Part shown: piece by piece, positions 40,558 through 50,993 of the stretch
How the letters are laid out: the number at the start of each line of letters is the position of its first letter
Position numbering within the stretch: position 1 is the first letter of the stretch
The notes under the pieces: model-generated
Database searches by the model: none
The model's input: only the letters and a program-made list of their open reading frames with translations
What the model was told of the DNA's origin: nothing
Assembly: GCA_965221165.1 (NCBI GenBank)
Contig: CBDCRP010000003.1
Span: 1,792,001-1,856,000, forward strand
DNA from: a bacterium
Lineage (GTDB): Bacteria > UBA8248
Reading direction: 5' to 3'
DNA length: 64,000 nt
Program-made: the position numbers and the translations under genes

Positions 40558-40764
40558 GGGGTTGTTGAAAAAGCCTGATGAACGAGAGTTTGACGCGACC
40601 GATGAAAGAGCAAGAACCACTCCCCCCTTGAGGGTCAGCCTCGACTGAGGAAGGAGAGGCTGCGCTTCCCGAGGGGAAAGCCCGACGCAGAAGCCGAGCG
40701 TTTTGAGCGAAGGCTGATGCGGTGGGGGATCTATTCCGAGCGAGGAGGGGTTGTTGAAAAACCC
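40558..40764. repeat. Two direct copies of GGGGTTGTTGAAAAAnCC (IS/MITE end-like)
   Basis: Copies at 40558-40575 and 40747-40764; resemble GGCTGTTGAAAAA-type transposon termini; no transposase present. Confidence 0.45.
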
Positions 40765-41273
40765 GGTCCTGGGAGCGAGCGCAAATGCAGTTCCTCCTTT
40801 ATCAGTCGGATTTAACCTCCCATTTGCCGTAATGATGATCGTGCGGAATGGGTGAAAATATCGAAAAAAAGGTGAAAAATAGAGAAAATATCTGAAAATA
40901 TAAATATTTAATAAATAAGGCGTTATGTTTATTTTCCCCCTGGAAACGACCCTGGCGGGGGGAGCCGTTCCCCGAGGTGGTCCAATCCCGACCGGGGAGG
41001 GAGGCCGCCTTTCCAGAGATAGGCCGGTGAACAATCGGACGGCGTTTGGGATGGGGCGGAGTCCTCGCCCGGAAAAGCAACGTCTCCTTATTCCTCGGCT
41101 TTCGCCCACCGGTCGCCTTCGTTCCACGCCCGACTCGGCTCGGAAAAAGCATCGACGGGCGGATTGCGTGAAAGAAGAGAGCCGACCCCACGCCCAAAAG
41201 ACGGGAACTTGGGCGTAGCCCGATCCGCCGCGCTTGGTCATGGTGAAAAGGTTATACAGGGTCGATCGGACGC

Positions 41274-41749
41274 TCATGCTGGAATGAGGCACTTGGACGA
41301 GAAGAATATGGAGTCGGTCTTTTTCGCCGTCCGCTTAGCAGTGAGACGTTTCTCTAGTTGCGACCATCCCTTCGGCAATGGGAACGAATCCGTCGCGCAG
41401 GCATAGGCGACTTTGAATCGCTCCCCGTTTTCTACCGCCCACTCATAAGAATCCTCGGCGGCGTTCTTTGTTTCTCCGGGATAGCTGACGGTGTGGTCTT
41501 CGCCTTGTATGGTGGGTCCAGAAAAACCGCGATGTCGAACTTGCCCTCGACGGATTTCGTGTTGCTCAAGATCCTGGGCGTCACCCCTTGCTCCCACCCC
41601 CGATTCAGGACGCAGACCCTGGCGAGCCTTTGCGCCAGGGCGTGAAAATAATCAACTAACCGCTCGCCCCACCCGATCTCGAATTTACCCATCTCTCCCC
41701 GTTGCGCATTGACACCTCTTCCACTGGCTCTGCTGCAGACGTGCGGCAT
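41274..41749 (-). pseudogene. Phage-type DNA adenine methyltransferase remnant (frameshifted, N-truncated)
   Basis: LAQRLARVCVLNRGW...VFLDPPY (motif IV) in one frame; EWAVENG..F....PKGW...IFFSSKCL in the other. Confidence 0.68.
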
Positions 41750-41811
41750 ATAATCGGGGAAATGCCGCCGAGACCCCTTCGCCTCCGGCCAACAGAGAGG
41801 CCGAGGGCTTG

Positions 41812-42149
41812 ATGAGGGTGTATGAAAAGATTGCCGATACGGACCCCGAACTCGGGGCGGTGATATGCCCCCTGGTAAGCAAAGTGCTGCGGAGGGAAAA
41901 CGGTGCCAAGTCTCAATAAGCTATTCCATCAAGACGAACTCAACCGGATCGCCACGCGCCATCGCGGATGGGATGAGGCGGTTCTCGACGCAATACGGAA
42001 TCGAGGTCACCGGAGCGCAACGCGACATTTTCGGGGTGGTGGCGGTGGCGGTCGAGGAAGGCGTCAGATCCGAGATCGGGATAATCGAGAACCTCCCCCA
42101 GGTGGACGTCTCCCAAATAGAAGCGAGCCAGGCGGTCACGATTTCGTGA
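41812..42149 (+). pseudogene. Possible phage portal protein remnants
   Basis: MRVYEKIADTDPELGAVI and SYSIKTN...RAIADG segments recall DUF935/Mu gp29-like portals; broken frames; recognised from memory only. Confidence 0.35.
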
Positions 42150-42649
42150 GTACAACGTGCTGAAATTTTTCAGCTCGGCCACTGCATCCTTCACGCGAAA
42201 TGCGGGAGCAATGCGTTTGCGAATACACTGATTGCCAGAGCCGCGAGGATGACGATGACGGATTTCTGCAGTCTGATTTCGTGCGGGACGACTCGTTCGC
42301 GAATGATTGCCTCCTTGGAGCGAGATGCGGTTTTTGGAACCGTAGAGGTGGTCGGACTGGATTCGGGGCCACGGTGCATCCGGATTTCCATGAAGCGGAT
42401 AACGGCACCATGCCTGGAACTCGGCGGAGTCGGCGACCCGAACGTCCCTGTCGGTAAATGCATTGAAGCGCGGGCCTTCACGGCGCTGGCATCTAAGGCA
42501 AGCGGCATCCCGTCGCCATGGTCGAGGCGGGAAGCCCAGAAAGTCGAATTCCGAGTGAAGCCGCCCCGGTTCGCAGATTTTCCCGGGGGTGCCCAGCTTG
42601 TTCCGCTCCCCGATGGGAGCGTCGGTTCCCGCTCGCCGGCGGGGACGCG

Positions 42650-43972
42650 TCAGCGCACGATGGTTCCGGCGACATCCGGCTTGCGTACCTCTAGGCGATT
42701 CTTCATGCAGATGTCATGGGCGGCGTGGATGAACACGTGGGTGCCCTTGGTGAGATCTTTGATCGACGCGTGCTCCCCCTCTTTCGGGTAGTAGCCTGTG
42801 CCGCCGCCGCGGGCGCGGCCCTGGGGGCCGTAGCAGATCGCCGGAATTCCGGCGCGGGTAAGGGGTGCGGTGTCGGCGTACCAGCCGTCCCAGGTGATCT
42901 CGGGGCGCTCGCCCCAGATGGCGTCGTGCGACGCGGAGATGCTGCGCACGACATATTCCTCGGGCGATATCTCTGCCGCGAACGCCGTCTGCACGACCTG
43001 CAGCTCGATCTCGATGGCGGGGTCCTGCTCCCGCAGTTGGCGAACCACCTGATCCAGCTCAGCGATGATGTCGCCGTGCAGCTGGCCCGGCAGGATCCCG
43101 ACTTCCAGATAGAGCCGGCAGAAGCAGGGCAGCTTGCTCGCGCGGAACGGATGTCCGCCTTCGATGGCGATGATGTTGACGTTTCCTGCCGGCTCTCCTT
43201 GATAGCGGGTCCTGCCCAGGTAGTCCTCGCCCCAGCGCTTGAGGGCGGGGATGGCGGTCAGCATCTTCTCGATGGCGTCTTCGCCGGGCTTGATCTGCAC
43301 CGTGGTGCCGCCGCGGCTGTAGGTGGCGCCCGGATTGCCCCGGGTCATGAGCTCGAAGAACACGTATCCACCCGAGGCGACCGAGATCCGGTTTGAGGTC
43401 GGCTCGGGTATGACCACCATGTCGGCGGTGATGCCGTTGTTGACCATGAAGCGGGCGCCGATTCCACAGCCACGGTAGCGGGCGCCCTGATAACGCCCGA
43501 CCGGCATGTGGCAGGTCTCGCCGACGACGCCGGCGATCATCAGGCTGCCGCGCAGCTTCGCCTTCGACCTGGCCAGGGCCTCCACGGCGAGGATGGCCGA
43601 TGCGTGGCCGCTCTTCATGTTGTAGGTGCCCACGCCGTAGACCCATTCGTCCTCGCGCCAGGATTTCGGCTGATACCCCGGCCCGAGATCGCGTATGCCC
43701 TCCTCGTCGCCGCCGTAGGTCGTGTCCAGGTGGCCGCAGTACAACAGGGTCGGTCCGTCGCCCGTGCCCTCGATCCGGCCGAACACGTTATAGCGGTCCG
43801 GCTCGACCTCCTGTATCGAGGTTTGCAGGCCCGCCGCCCGGAAGCGATCGGCGAGGTATCCGGCGAGCGCCTTCTCGCCGCCCGTGGGGCTCGGGATGTC
43901 GACCATCTCCATGGTCAACTGGGCGATAGCTTCCTCGTCGACGAATGCCAGGGCATCTTCGACCATGCTCAT
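42650..43972 (-). CDS. M20 family metallohydrolase (ArgE/DapE-like)
   Basis: DIPSPTG.E, GHLDT, G.G..NMKSG, VGE, IPEP, YGP, EH. Confidence 0.87.
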   Translation of the reverse strand: MSMVEDALAFVDEEAIAQLTMEMVDIPSPTGGEKALAGYLADRFRAAGLQTSIQEVEPDRYNVFGRIEGTGDGPTLLYCGHLDTTYGGDEEGIRDLGPGYQPKSWREDEWVYGVGTYNMKSGHASAILAVEALARSKAKLRGSLMIAGVVGETCHMPVGRYQGARYRGCGIGARFMVNNGITADMVVIPEPTSNRISVASGGYVFFELMTRGNPGATYSRGGTTVQIKPGEDAIEKMLTAIPALKRWGEDYLGRTRYQGEPAGNVNIIAIEGGHPFRASKLPCFCRLYLEVGILPGQLHGDIIAELDQVVRQLREQDPAIEIELQVVQTAFAAEISPEEYVVRSISASHDAIWGERPEITWDGWYADTAPLTRAGIPAICYGPQGRARGGGTGYYPKEGEHASIKDLTKGTHVFIHAAHDICMKNRLEVRKPDVAGTIVR

Positions 43973-44047
43973 CGTTCGTTCCTCCTCGGTGCGCGCGATC
44001 CGCGGCTAAGGGGCGCCTCGGCCTCTCGTGGCGGGCGGCCCCGGTGA

Positions 44048-44314
44048 CTACATGCCAAGATACATTTGTCGGATGTTCGGGTCAAGCAGAAGCTCCGCCG
44101 AGTCTCCCTCGCGACGATTCCGACCCATGTCCGGCACGTATCCCCGGTCGGAATTTTCCAGGGCCTTGGCCGAGTTCTGCTCCACGACCAGGATCGATAC
44201 ACCGTCGCGGTGAATCCGCTCGATGCTCTCGAAGATGGCTTCCATCACCGTGGGCGCCAGCCCGATCGTCGGCTCGTCGAGCAGGATGAGGGTCGGTCTG
44301 GTGACCATGTCCAT
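44048..44314 (-). pseudogene. C-terminal fragment of LivF-like ABC ATPase
   Basis: LLDEPTIGLAP, LVVEQN, RQMYLG; lacks Walker A and the signature motif. Confidence 0.8.
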
Positions 44315-44431
44315 CCCTCAGCCCCGAATACGAACGGGCCGGGGAAACATCGCGCCGCCCTTTTCCCTCTCCCGGCGGGGGTCTTGCCGTTGGACCCAAA
44401 TGGAAGGGGACAACGGGCCGAATGAAAAACC

Positions 44432-45262
44432 TTACTCCTGCGTGCTCTCGTGCCAGCGGAGAAAGTGGTTGCGGACCGCGCCCAGGCCGTAGATGGCGCA
44501 AAAACCAATCACCCCGATGAGCGCCATGCCCATGAAAGCGTCCGCGGTCAAGTTGTCTTCCCGCGCCAGCATGATCATGAACCCGATTCCCTCCTGCGCC
44601 CCCGCCAACTCGGCCGCGATGAGCCCGCGGAAAGCATAGCCGAGTCCGATCCACAGCCCGGTCATAATGTGGGGCAAGGTGGCGGGCAGCGTGACCCGCC
44701 AGAAAAGCTGCCCCCGGCTCGCGCCCAGGGAGCGCGCCGCGCGGATGATGGCGGGCTCGGTCATCTTGACGCCGTCAAAGGTGCAGATGATGGCGGGAAA
44801 CAACGCTCCATAGGTGATGATGAAAATCTTGGAACCCTCCCCCATCCGGAACATCAAGATGGCGAGGGGAATCCACGCAACCTCGGGTATTTGCCGAAAT
44901 ATGTCCACGAGCGGTTCGAGCGCCTCGCCGATGATTCGGACCTGACCCATGAGCAAACCGATCAAGATGCCCATGACGGAGCCCAAAAAGAACCCCTCGG
45001 TGATGCGAACCACCGAGGCAATGATGTGGTGAAGAAGCTCACCCCCTTCAGCACGCCTGATTCCGGACTGGATGGCCATCCAGGGAGACGGCAGGATGAG
45101 CGAGTCCACCAATTCGAGGGTGACGGTGAGTTGCCAAAGGACGACAAACCCCGTCACCGAGATGGTGGATATTCCAAAGCGACCTGACAAAGATTGCGTT
45201 TGCAACGTCTCTCCTAGTAGAACGCGCCTTCCCGGCTCGTGGAATGCCAGCGGAGAAACCAC
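44432..45262 (-). CDS. SsuC/TauC-type ABC transporter permease
   Basis: LPSP, IPEVAWIPL, AARSLGAS EAA loop, LIAAEL. Confidence 0.88.
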   Translation of the reverse strand: MVSPLAFHEPGRRVLLGETLQTQSLSGRFGISTISVTGFVVLWQLTVTLELVDSLILPSPWMAIQSGIRRAEGGELLHHIIASVVRITEGFFLGSVMGILIGLLMGQVRIIGEALEPLVDIFRQIPEVAWIPLAILMFRMGEGSKIFIITYGALFPAIICTFDGVKMTEPAIIRAARSLGASRGQLFWRVTLPATLPHIMTGLWIGLGYAFRGLIAAELAGAQEGIGFMIMLAREDNLTADAFMGMALIGVIGFCAIYGLGAVRNHFLRWHESTQE

Positions 45263-45984
45263 CTCTCCGCGATTTCCACGAGGCGCGTGATGCTAAATCC
45301 CAAGGTGCCGATTACGGCCATACCCAAGATGACCAAATCCCCGCGGAAATAATTCCGGGCGTCCTGAATCAGAAATCCCAGGCCCGATGTAGAACCCACC
45401 AACTCCGCCGCAACCAACAAGGCGAAGGAGACCTGAACGCCCAGCCGAAAACCGGTGAAGATGTAAGGGAGGGCTCCGGGAAGGACCACGCGGAAGAAAA
45501 TGTCCCGGCGGTTGGCCCCCAGGCTGCGCGCGGCGCGCACCAGAACGGGATCCAGCGAGCGGACCCCCATGAAGGTATTGGTGACAACGGCGAGGAACAC
45601 TCCCATGGATATGATGAATACTTTGGAGGCGTCATCGATACCGAACCAGATAAGGGCCACCGGAATCCAGGCCAGGCCGGGAACGGGCCGGATGATTTCG
45701 ACCAATGGCCCCACCGCCGCGTGGAAGAACCGGAATTGGCCCATCAGGATTCCGATGATTACGCCGGTAAAAGAACCAACGACGAAACCCTTGAACATTC
45801 GCCAAAGGCTGACGGCAATGTGCTCTCGCAACTCACCCGCTTGAAAAAGATCAACCGCTCCCTCCCAAACTTCCCTAGGAGGTGGCAAGAAGAGCGGATT
45901 GACCAATTTGTAATTCGTGACCACGAACCAGAGGATAATCAATCCCCCGATAGAGATGGCGCGCGTCACCATTTTTCTGTTCAT
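45214..45984 (-). CDS. SsuC/TauC-type ABC transporter permease
   Basis: LPPP, PVPGLAWIP, AARSLGA, LVAAELVG..SGLG. Confidence 0.9.
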   Translation of the reverse strand: MNRKMVTRAISIGGLIILWFVVTNYKLVNPLFLPPPREVWEGAVDLFQAGELREHIAVSLWRMFKGFVVGSFTGVIIGILMGQFRFFHAAVGPLVEIIRPVPGLAWIPVALIWFGIDDASKVFIISMGVFLAVVTNTFMGVRSLDPVLVRAARSLGANRRDIFFRVVLPGALPYIFTGFRLGVQVSFALLVAAELVGSTSGLGFLIQDARNYFRGDLVILGMAVIGTLGFSITRLVEIAERWFLRWHSTSREGAFY

Positions 45985-46793
45985 GCACCCTCTCCCAAAG
46001 CCGCGGAATCCGAATCCTGCACTTCCAACGACTTCTCCACCTCGACCCGAATGAGGTCGTCCATCATCCGATACAGTTCGTTGAATTCGGGAGAAGTCCT
46101 CTCCCGGGGACGGGGAAGGTCAACGCCGAGAAGAGCCTTCACCTGGCCCGGGCGGGCCGTCATGACCACCACCCGGTCGGCCAGAACGATGGCCTCGTCG
46201 ATGGCGTGGGTCACGAAGAGGACGGTTTTCTTCGTTTCACCGAGAAGCTTCAGGAGCTCTTCCTGCATCACCCGACGCGTCTGGGCGTCCAATGCTCCAA
46301 AAGGCTCGTCCATCAACAGCACTTCGGGATCGTTCGCCAGCGCCCGGGCGATCCCGACGCGCTGCTTCATTCCGCCCGAAAGCTCGAAGGGAAATTTGTC
46401 CTCAAATCCCGTAAGGTGGATGCGCTGGATGAGCTCCCGTGCGCGGGCGTGCCGGTCGGCTTTTTCCATCCCCTTCAGGACAGGACCGAATTCGATATTT
46501 TGGAGCACCGTCCGCCATGGGAAAAGTGCGAATTCCTGGAAGACGAAACCCCGGTCGGGTCCCGGCTCGATGACCGGACGTCCATCGACGCGAACCTCCC
46601 CCCCCGAGGGGGGGAGGAATCCCGCGACGATGTTCAGGAGGGTGGATTTTCCGCATCCGCTGGGACCGAGGATGCAGATGACTTCGCCTTTTTGGACCTC
46701 GAGGTTTATTTCATCCAGTGCCCGCACCGTTGATTTGGTGCGCCGGTCGACGAATTCTTTCGAGACTCGATTTACTTGCAGATTAACCGTCAT
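45981..46793 (-). CDS. SsuB/TauB/NrtD-type ABC ATP-binding protein
   Basis: GPSGCGKST, LSGGMKQR, LMDEPFGALD, FVTH. Confidence 0.92.
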   Translation of the reverse strand: MTVNLQVNRVSKEFVDRRTKSTVRALDEINLEVQKGEVICILGPSGCGKSTLLNIVAGFLPPSGGEVRVDGRPVIEPGPDRGFVFQEFALFPWRTVLQNIEFGPVLKGMEKADRHARARELIQRIHLTGFEDKFPFELSGGMKQRVGIARALANDPEVLLMDEPFGALDAQTRRVMQEELLKLLGETKKTVLFVTHAIDEAIVLADRVVVMTARPGQVKALLGVDLPRPRERTSPEFNELYRMMDDLIRVEVEKSLEVQDSDSAALGEGA

Positions 46794-46845
46794 ATCGGAA
46801 ATTCACAATACAGACACCCCAAACCGGTAAAGTGAAACTGTCCTG

Positions 46846-47892
46846 CTAAAGCTTGCAGGCCCCTTCGGTCTTCGCCAGATCCTTCGCGACCGACTTCAGG
46901 AGATCCGTATAGACGAATTCTTTCATGTTCGGCGTTCTTTTGAGCTTCCTGCCGACCCTTTTCATATTATCGGCCACCGCCTGCTCGGCGTTCACCATTT
47001 CATCCGTAATTTCAAGCCTGTAGAAAGTGTTGTCAAGAATGGGTTTCATCGCGGGAGCGGACATCTTATATGCCTTGCCCAGGATATTGAGAAACTCTGC
47101 GCGATTTCCCGAATCGTTCATGAACCGGTAGGACTTCAACATCGCGCGCATATACGCCCTCATGGCGTCCTGCTTGTTTTTCAGGGCCTCTTTCCGCGCG
47201 CTGATGAGGGTGAAGGAAAGATGGATGTTGGCGGGCTTCGCCATTCCGCTAAACTTGTTGAGCAACTGGGAATGCGCAAAATGCGTCGGCCGGACCTGTT
47301 CCGCTGTCGTCAGATGCGGATACCAAACCACCCCGCCGTCCACGTCCTTGTTCTTGAAGGCGGCGATGAGATCGTTCGGTGTCAGATTCACCACCCGGAT
47401 CTTTTTGGCGTCCAAGCTGTATTTTGCAAGAAAATTAATCCACAGAATGTGGGCCGCAGATGCAAACCGCAACCCGATCTTTTTCCCGTAGAAGTCGGTA
47501 GGTTTCGTCATGCCCAAGTCCTTGCCGACAAAAATCTCGAGGTAATCCTTGTCCTGCCCGTTCTGGGCGATGATGCAGGCGGGCACGTTGGCGGCAGCCA
47601 GCGAGACAAATGGCAAATCCCCCGAGTGGCCCAGCTCGACTCCGCCCGCCGCGAGCGCCTCAACCATGGCCGCGCCGGAGGAGAATATCTTGTGTTCAAT
47701 CACAAGGTCCTCTTGCGCGAAGTAGCCCTTCGTCTTGGCGACGTGGATGGGCGCCCCGATGTTGCCACCGCCCGATCCCACGACTAGTTTGTACTTGGCC
47801 GCTTCCGAGACGCCGGCGCCCGAGCCAAAGGCCCAGACCGCCACAACCGCAACGAGCATTAAAAAATTGAATCGTTTCCACGCGCACTTCAT
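46846..47892 (-). CDS. SsuA/TauA/NrtA-type ABC substrate-binding protein
   Basis: Signal peptide, AKTKGYF, FSSGA...EALAAG, GDLP, GKKIG, W.PH; start MKCAW at 47892 inferred. Confidence 0.82.
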   Translation of the reverse strand: MKCAWKRFNFLMLVAVVAVWAFGSGAGVSEAAKYKLVVGSGGGNIGAPIHVAKTKGYFAQEDLVIEHKIFSSGAAMVEALAAGGVELGHSGDLPFVSLAAANVPACIIAQNGQDKDYLEIFVGKDLGMTKPTDFYGKKIGLRFASAAHILWINFLAKYSLDAKKIRVVNLTPNDLIAAFKNKDVDGGVVWYPHLTTAEQVRPTHFAHSQLLNKFSGMAKPANIHLSFTLISARKEALKNKQDAMRAYMRAMLKSYRFMNDSGNRAEFLNILGKAYKMSAPAMKPILDNTFYRLEITDEMVNAEQAVADNMKRVGRKLKRTPNMKEFVYTDLLKSVAKDLAKTEGACKL

Positions 47893-48249
47893 ATCGCAAG
47901 CCCTCCTTTTGACTACGTTTTGGTGAGCAAAAACCCTCAAGTATGCACTCACCCCCGCCAACCCGGAGACGGGCTCAACGCGGACGCGCAACTCCGTTCT
48001 CCAGATCCTCAAATATGCTTTTAGCCAATAATCGAATGAAGAGAAATATTACTTAATTTGTCAATGAAGTGCAAGATTGGAAAATTCGTTGGGGCCGGGG
48101 CGGTTTTCCCCTCCCGCAGAACGGGGCAAAAACGGTAAGGCCAAAAGAAAATTTCATGAGGTATTCTTATGCCCGCATGGAGAAACAAGCGGGATCGGGG
48201 AGACGGAACATGTACGGCCGAAATGGACCACCAAAATAAATTCTTTTTT

Positions 48250-48515
48250 TTACAACTCCAAAACGATCCGCCCGACGGGGTCCTCCTGCCGGAGTTTGTC
48301 CAAGGCCCCGTTCGCCTCTTCCATCGCGTAGCGGTCAGAGATGATGGGTTTGACGCGCCCGTCGCTCACAAGCGATGCCACATCCTCGACGTCCTTCACC
48401 GTATGGTTATGGGACGCGATGATCTGGATCCACTTGGAGACGAGCGTGAAGGGTTCCAGCGGAAAGGTCTGCCCGGGCTGGTATCCCAATATGATGAGGC
48501 GGCCCCGGGCCGGAG
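48250..48515 (-). pseudogene. C-terminal fragment of zinc-binding dehydrogenase
   Basis: RGRLIILGY...GRVKPII...Y.MEEAN.AL..L....VGRIVL*; upstream sequence unrelated. Confidence 0.7.
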
Positions 48516-49149
48516 GAGTTCCAGGCATTGCTGAAGAACGATGGGCATTCGGATCCGGCGACTGGGTGGTCGAGTATGCGAGCACAAAGCGGAGAGTATT
48601 GGCCACTGGAGCATCCGAAGGTGTGCTTCTCGTGCCGGTCGGGACGCTGCTGAAAGGAACCGAGCTTCCCGGTTGACTGTAACTGATGATGTACCCGTCT
48701 GCGGGGTCACACCTCCCCACCCAAGTGGCGTGGAAGTTTGTCTCTGTCATTTCCGCTCGCGCTTGATATCTTGCGGTGCTTTATGGTTGGCCCATGGCCT
48801 GCTTAGTCTGAAACGACGGACGGACGACAGCAAGCGTAGCACCTTCGCACCGAAGTAAATGAACGGGCGTTTGGCACGAATCCCAAGGCGCCTGGACCAT
48901 TAGGAGCATCTGTTCACGATGTTCGCACCATGATGGGAGGCAGGCACCATGCGAGCATCCATAGTCCTTTGTTCAGGTGGAATTTTATCATACGCCGAGC
49001 CTCGATTCCACCACGGTGACCAGGCACCGCCACAAGCATGTCGGAAGCAGGTTATCTTCAAGGTCTGCGCGTTGTAAGGCCATGAAGGTGGCAAAGGATT
49101 CAGCATTGCTTCACAACCGCCGCTTATTCCGACGAAGGCCGCCCGTTGG

Positions 49150-49567
49150 GCAGCCGTTGGCGGGCGGGGTGAGCATGGGAATTGCCGCTGCGCTGGTCAC
49201 GCTCTGGGTCACGTTCGCACCCTGTTTCCTGTGGATATTCGCCGGCGCGCCCTACATCGAGCAACTCCCGTCCCAGCCTCGGCTGAAGGGCGCCCTGGAG
49301 TCGATTACGGCGGCGGTGGTGGGCGTCATTCTCAACCTGTCCATCTGGTTCGGTCTGCACGTCCTGTTCGCCGAACTGCCGTCCCGGCAAATCGGTCCGG
49401 TCAAGCTCCTGCTGCCGGTTTGGCATTCCCTGGACTGGCGGGTTCTGCTCGTCGGCGCCGTGAGCGCGATCATGCTCCTCTGGCGACACCAGTCTCTCAT
49501 GAGAACCCTGGGCGTTGCGGCGCTGATGGGTATTGGATTCGCTGCGATGGGTCACTTTGCCGGATAA
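49150..49567 (+). pseudogene. chrA: C-terminal fragment of chromate efflux transporter ChrA
   Basis: LVTLWVTFAPCFLWIFAGAPYIE, ALESITAAVVGVILNL..WF.LHVLF; N-terminal two thirds missing. Confidence 0.8.
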
Positions 49568-49732
49568 CGGAACATACGGGCGCTCGGGCTGATCAGCCGT
49601 CTGCCGTTACCGATTTACGCGCATGGCGACCTTCGAATTCATCGTAGACTACTACAATCCGAAATTCTAGTACCCTGCCTTGGATTGTCTTGGTTCCAAC
49701 GACTTCGAACGGACTGCGCCAGAGCATGGCCG

Positions 49733-49853
49733 CAAGTAGGCCGCTACAGGCCGGACTTTGGAGGATGACTGCACAACGATTCGACAGGGACGCGCCGGGA
49801 TCCGCGGGAGTTTTAATTAGCTCGCTTTCGTTTTGATTACATGCCGCGGAAGG
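49733..49853 (+). repeat. 121-bp diverged direct repeat, copy 1
   Basis: Ungapped hand alignment to 50152-50272 gives about 89/121 identical, including CGTTTTGATTACATGCCGC exact. Confidence 0.8.
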
Positions 49854-50151
49854 CAGCGGCGCGGTGCAATCTCTGGGAGAACCGACTGTGGAGCGTATCC
49901 GGGCCTGGCGAGCGCAGGCGCCTCCCTGGTCGAGATGCAGGCCGCGGCGCGCTGGCGTTCGCCGGTCATGCCGGGGCGCTACGCACTAGGACAACTGGTG
50001 AAATAGGGAGCCGTGGCGAGGCTTCGGTACGGCATGTTAGAACGGTCGGAACGAGCCTGATCGACACTTCATCAATCAGGGTTTCGGAACCCCGGTAGAA
50101 CTTGATGAAAACGTCAAAAACGGAGAGTTGCGGGGCATCGGAACGTAACCA

Positions 50152-50272
50152 CAAGTAAGCTGTCGTGACTCGGATTTTAGAGGATTGCTACAAAATGGTC
50201 CGACAGGAACTCGCCAGGATGCACGGGAGTTGTAATGTATCCGCTTGCGTTTTGATTACATGCCGCTGAAGG
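50152..50272 (+). repeat. 121-bp diverged direct repeat, copy 2
   Basis: Matches copy 1; lies ~100 bp beyond the tRNA-Ser 3' end. Confidence 0.8.
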
Positions 50273-50370
50273 TGGATTCCTGATGAGATTGGTAAAAATG
50301 GATATTTGAAACGATACCAATAGGGTAAGGGGATTTTATGGCCGATGAAAACGGCTCGATATATCTAAAA

Positions 50371-50462
50371 TGGCGGAGAGGGAGGGATTCGAACCCCCGG
50401 TGCAGTTGCCTGCACAACAGATTTCGAGTCTGCCGCCTTAAACCGGACTCGGCCACCTCTCC
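50371..50462 (-). tRNA. tRNA-Ser (anticodon CGA)
   Basis: Minus strand GGAGAGG...GCAGA-CTCGAAA-TCTGT, long variable arm, GGTTCGAATCC T-loop, encoded CCA. Confidence 0.95.
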
Positions 50463-50477
50463 AGATAGGTTATCTCT

Positions 50478-50993
50478 TCAGCGCGCGGCCTGCCTCGCCT
50501 CGCGGGCGATGCGGCGGCGCTCCTCGAAAAAGGCGCGCAACATCGCGGCGCTCTCCTCGGCCATGACGCCTGAGGTTATCGGCACGCGGTGGTTCACGCG
50601 CGGGTCCGAGGGAATATCGAACAAAGAACCACAGGCCCCGCCCTTGGGGTCTTTGGCCCCGAACACGAGCCTCGCGATCCTCGAATTGACGATGGCGCCC
50701 GCGCACATGGGACACGGCTCGAGGGTGACGTACAGGGTCGCACCGTCGAGCCGCCATATCCCGTCGGTCTCGGCCGCTTCTCTCAGCGCCAGGACTTCGG
50801 CGTGCGCCGTGGGGTCGCAGGCGGCTTCGCGTCTGTTGAACCCCCGGCCCAGCACCCGCCCTTCGCGCACCACCAGCGCGCCCACGGGCACGTCGCCCGC
50901 CTCTTCGGCCTGCTCGGCCAGCGCCAGCGCTTCTTTCATCCAGCGCTCGTCTTCGCTCATCTGCTCTATCGAATACACTTTCATCTCCCCCAT
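50478..50993 (-). CDS. tadA: tRNA-specific adenosine deaminase
   Basis: DVPVGA, DPTAHAE, LYVTLEPCPMCAGAI, GAKDPKGGA, NH. Confidence 0.93.
   Translation of the reverse strand: MGEMKVYSIEQMSEDERWMKEALALAEQAEEAGDVPVGALVVREGRVLGRGFNRREAACDPTAHAEVLALREAAETDGIWRLDGATLYVTLEPCPMCAGAIVNSRIARLVFGAKDPKGGACGSLFDIPSDPRVNHRVPITSGVMAEESAAMLRAFFEERRRIAREARQAAR

Noticed and set aside
40952-41230. tRNA, tmRNA, SRP RNA or a duplicated att site (minus strand ends CTCCCCCCGCCA)
   Set aside because: No T-loop, SRP or tmRNA motifs; the match to the tRNA-Ser 3' end is too short to call.
42191-42640. Short ORFs, including a hydrophobic LQKSVIVILAALAISVFANALL stretch
   Set aside because: No credible start or family; probably island debris.
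50371-50462. tRNA-Sec serving the nearby UGA genes
   Set aside because: The anticodon is CGA, not TCA, and the acceptor stem is the standard 7 bp; it is tRNA-Ser.
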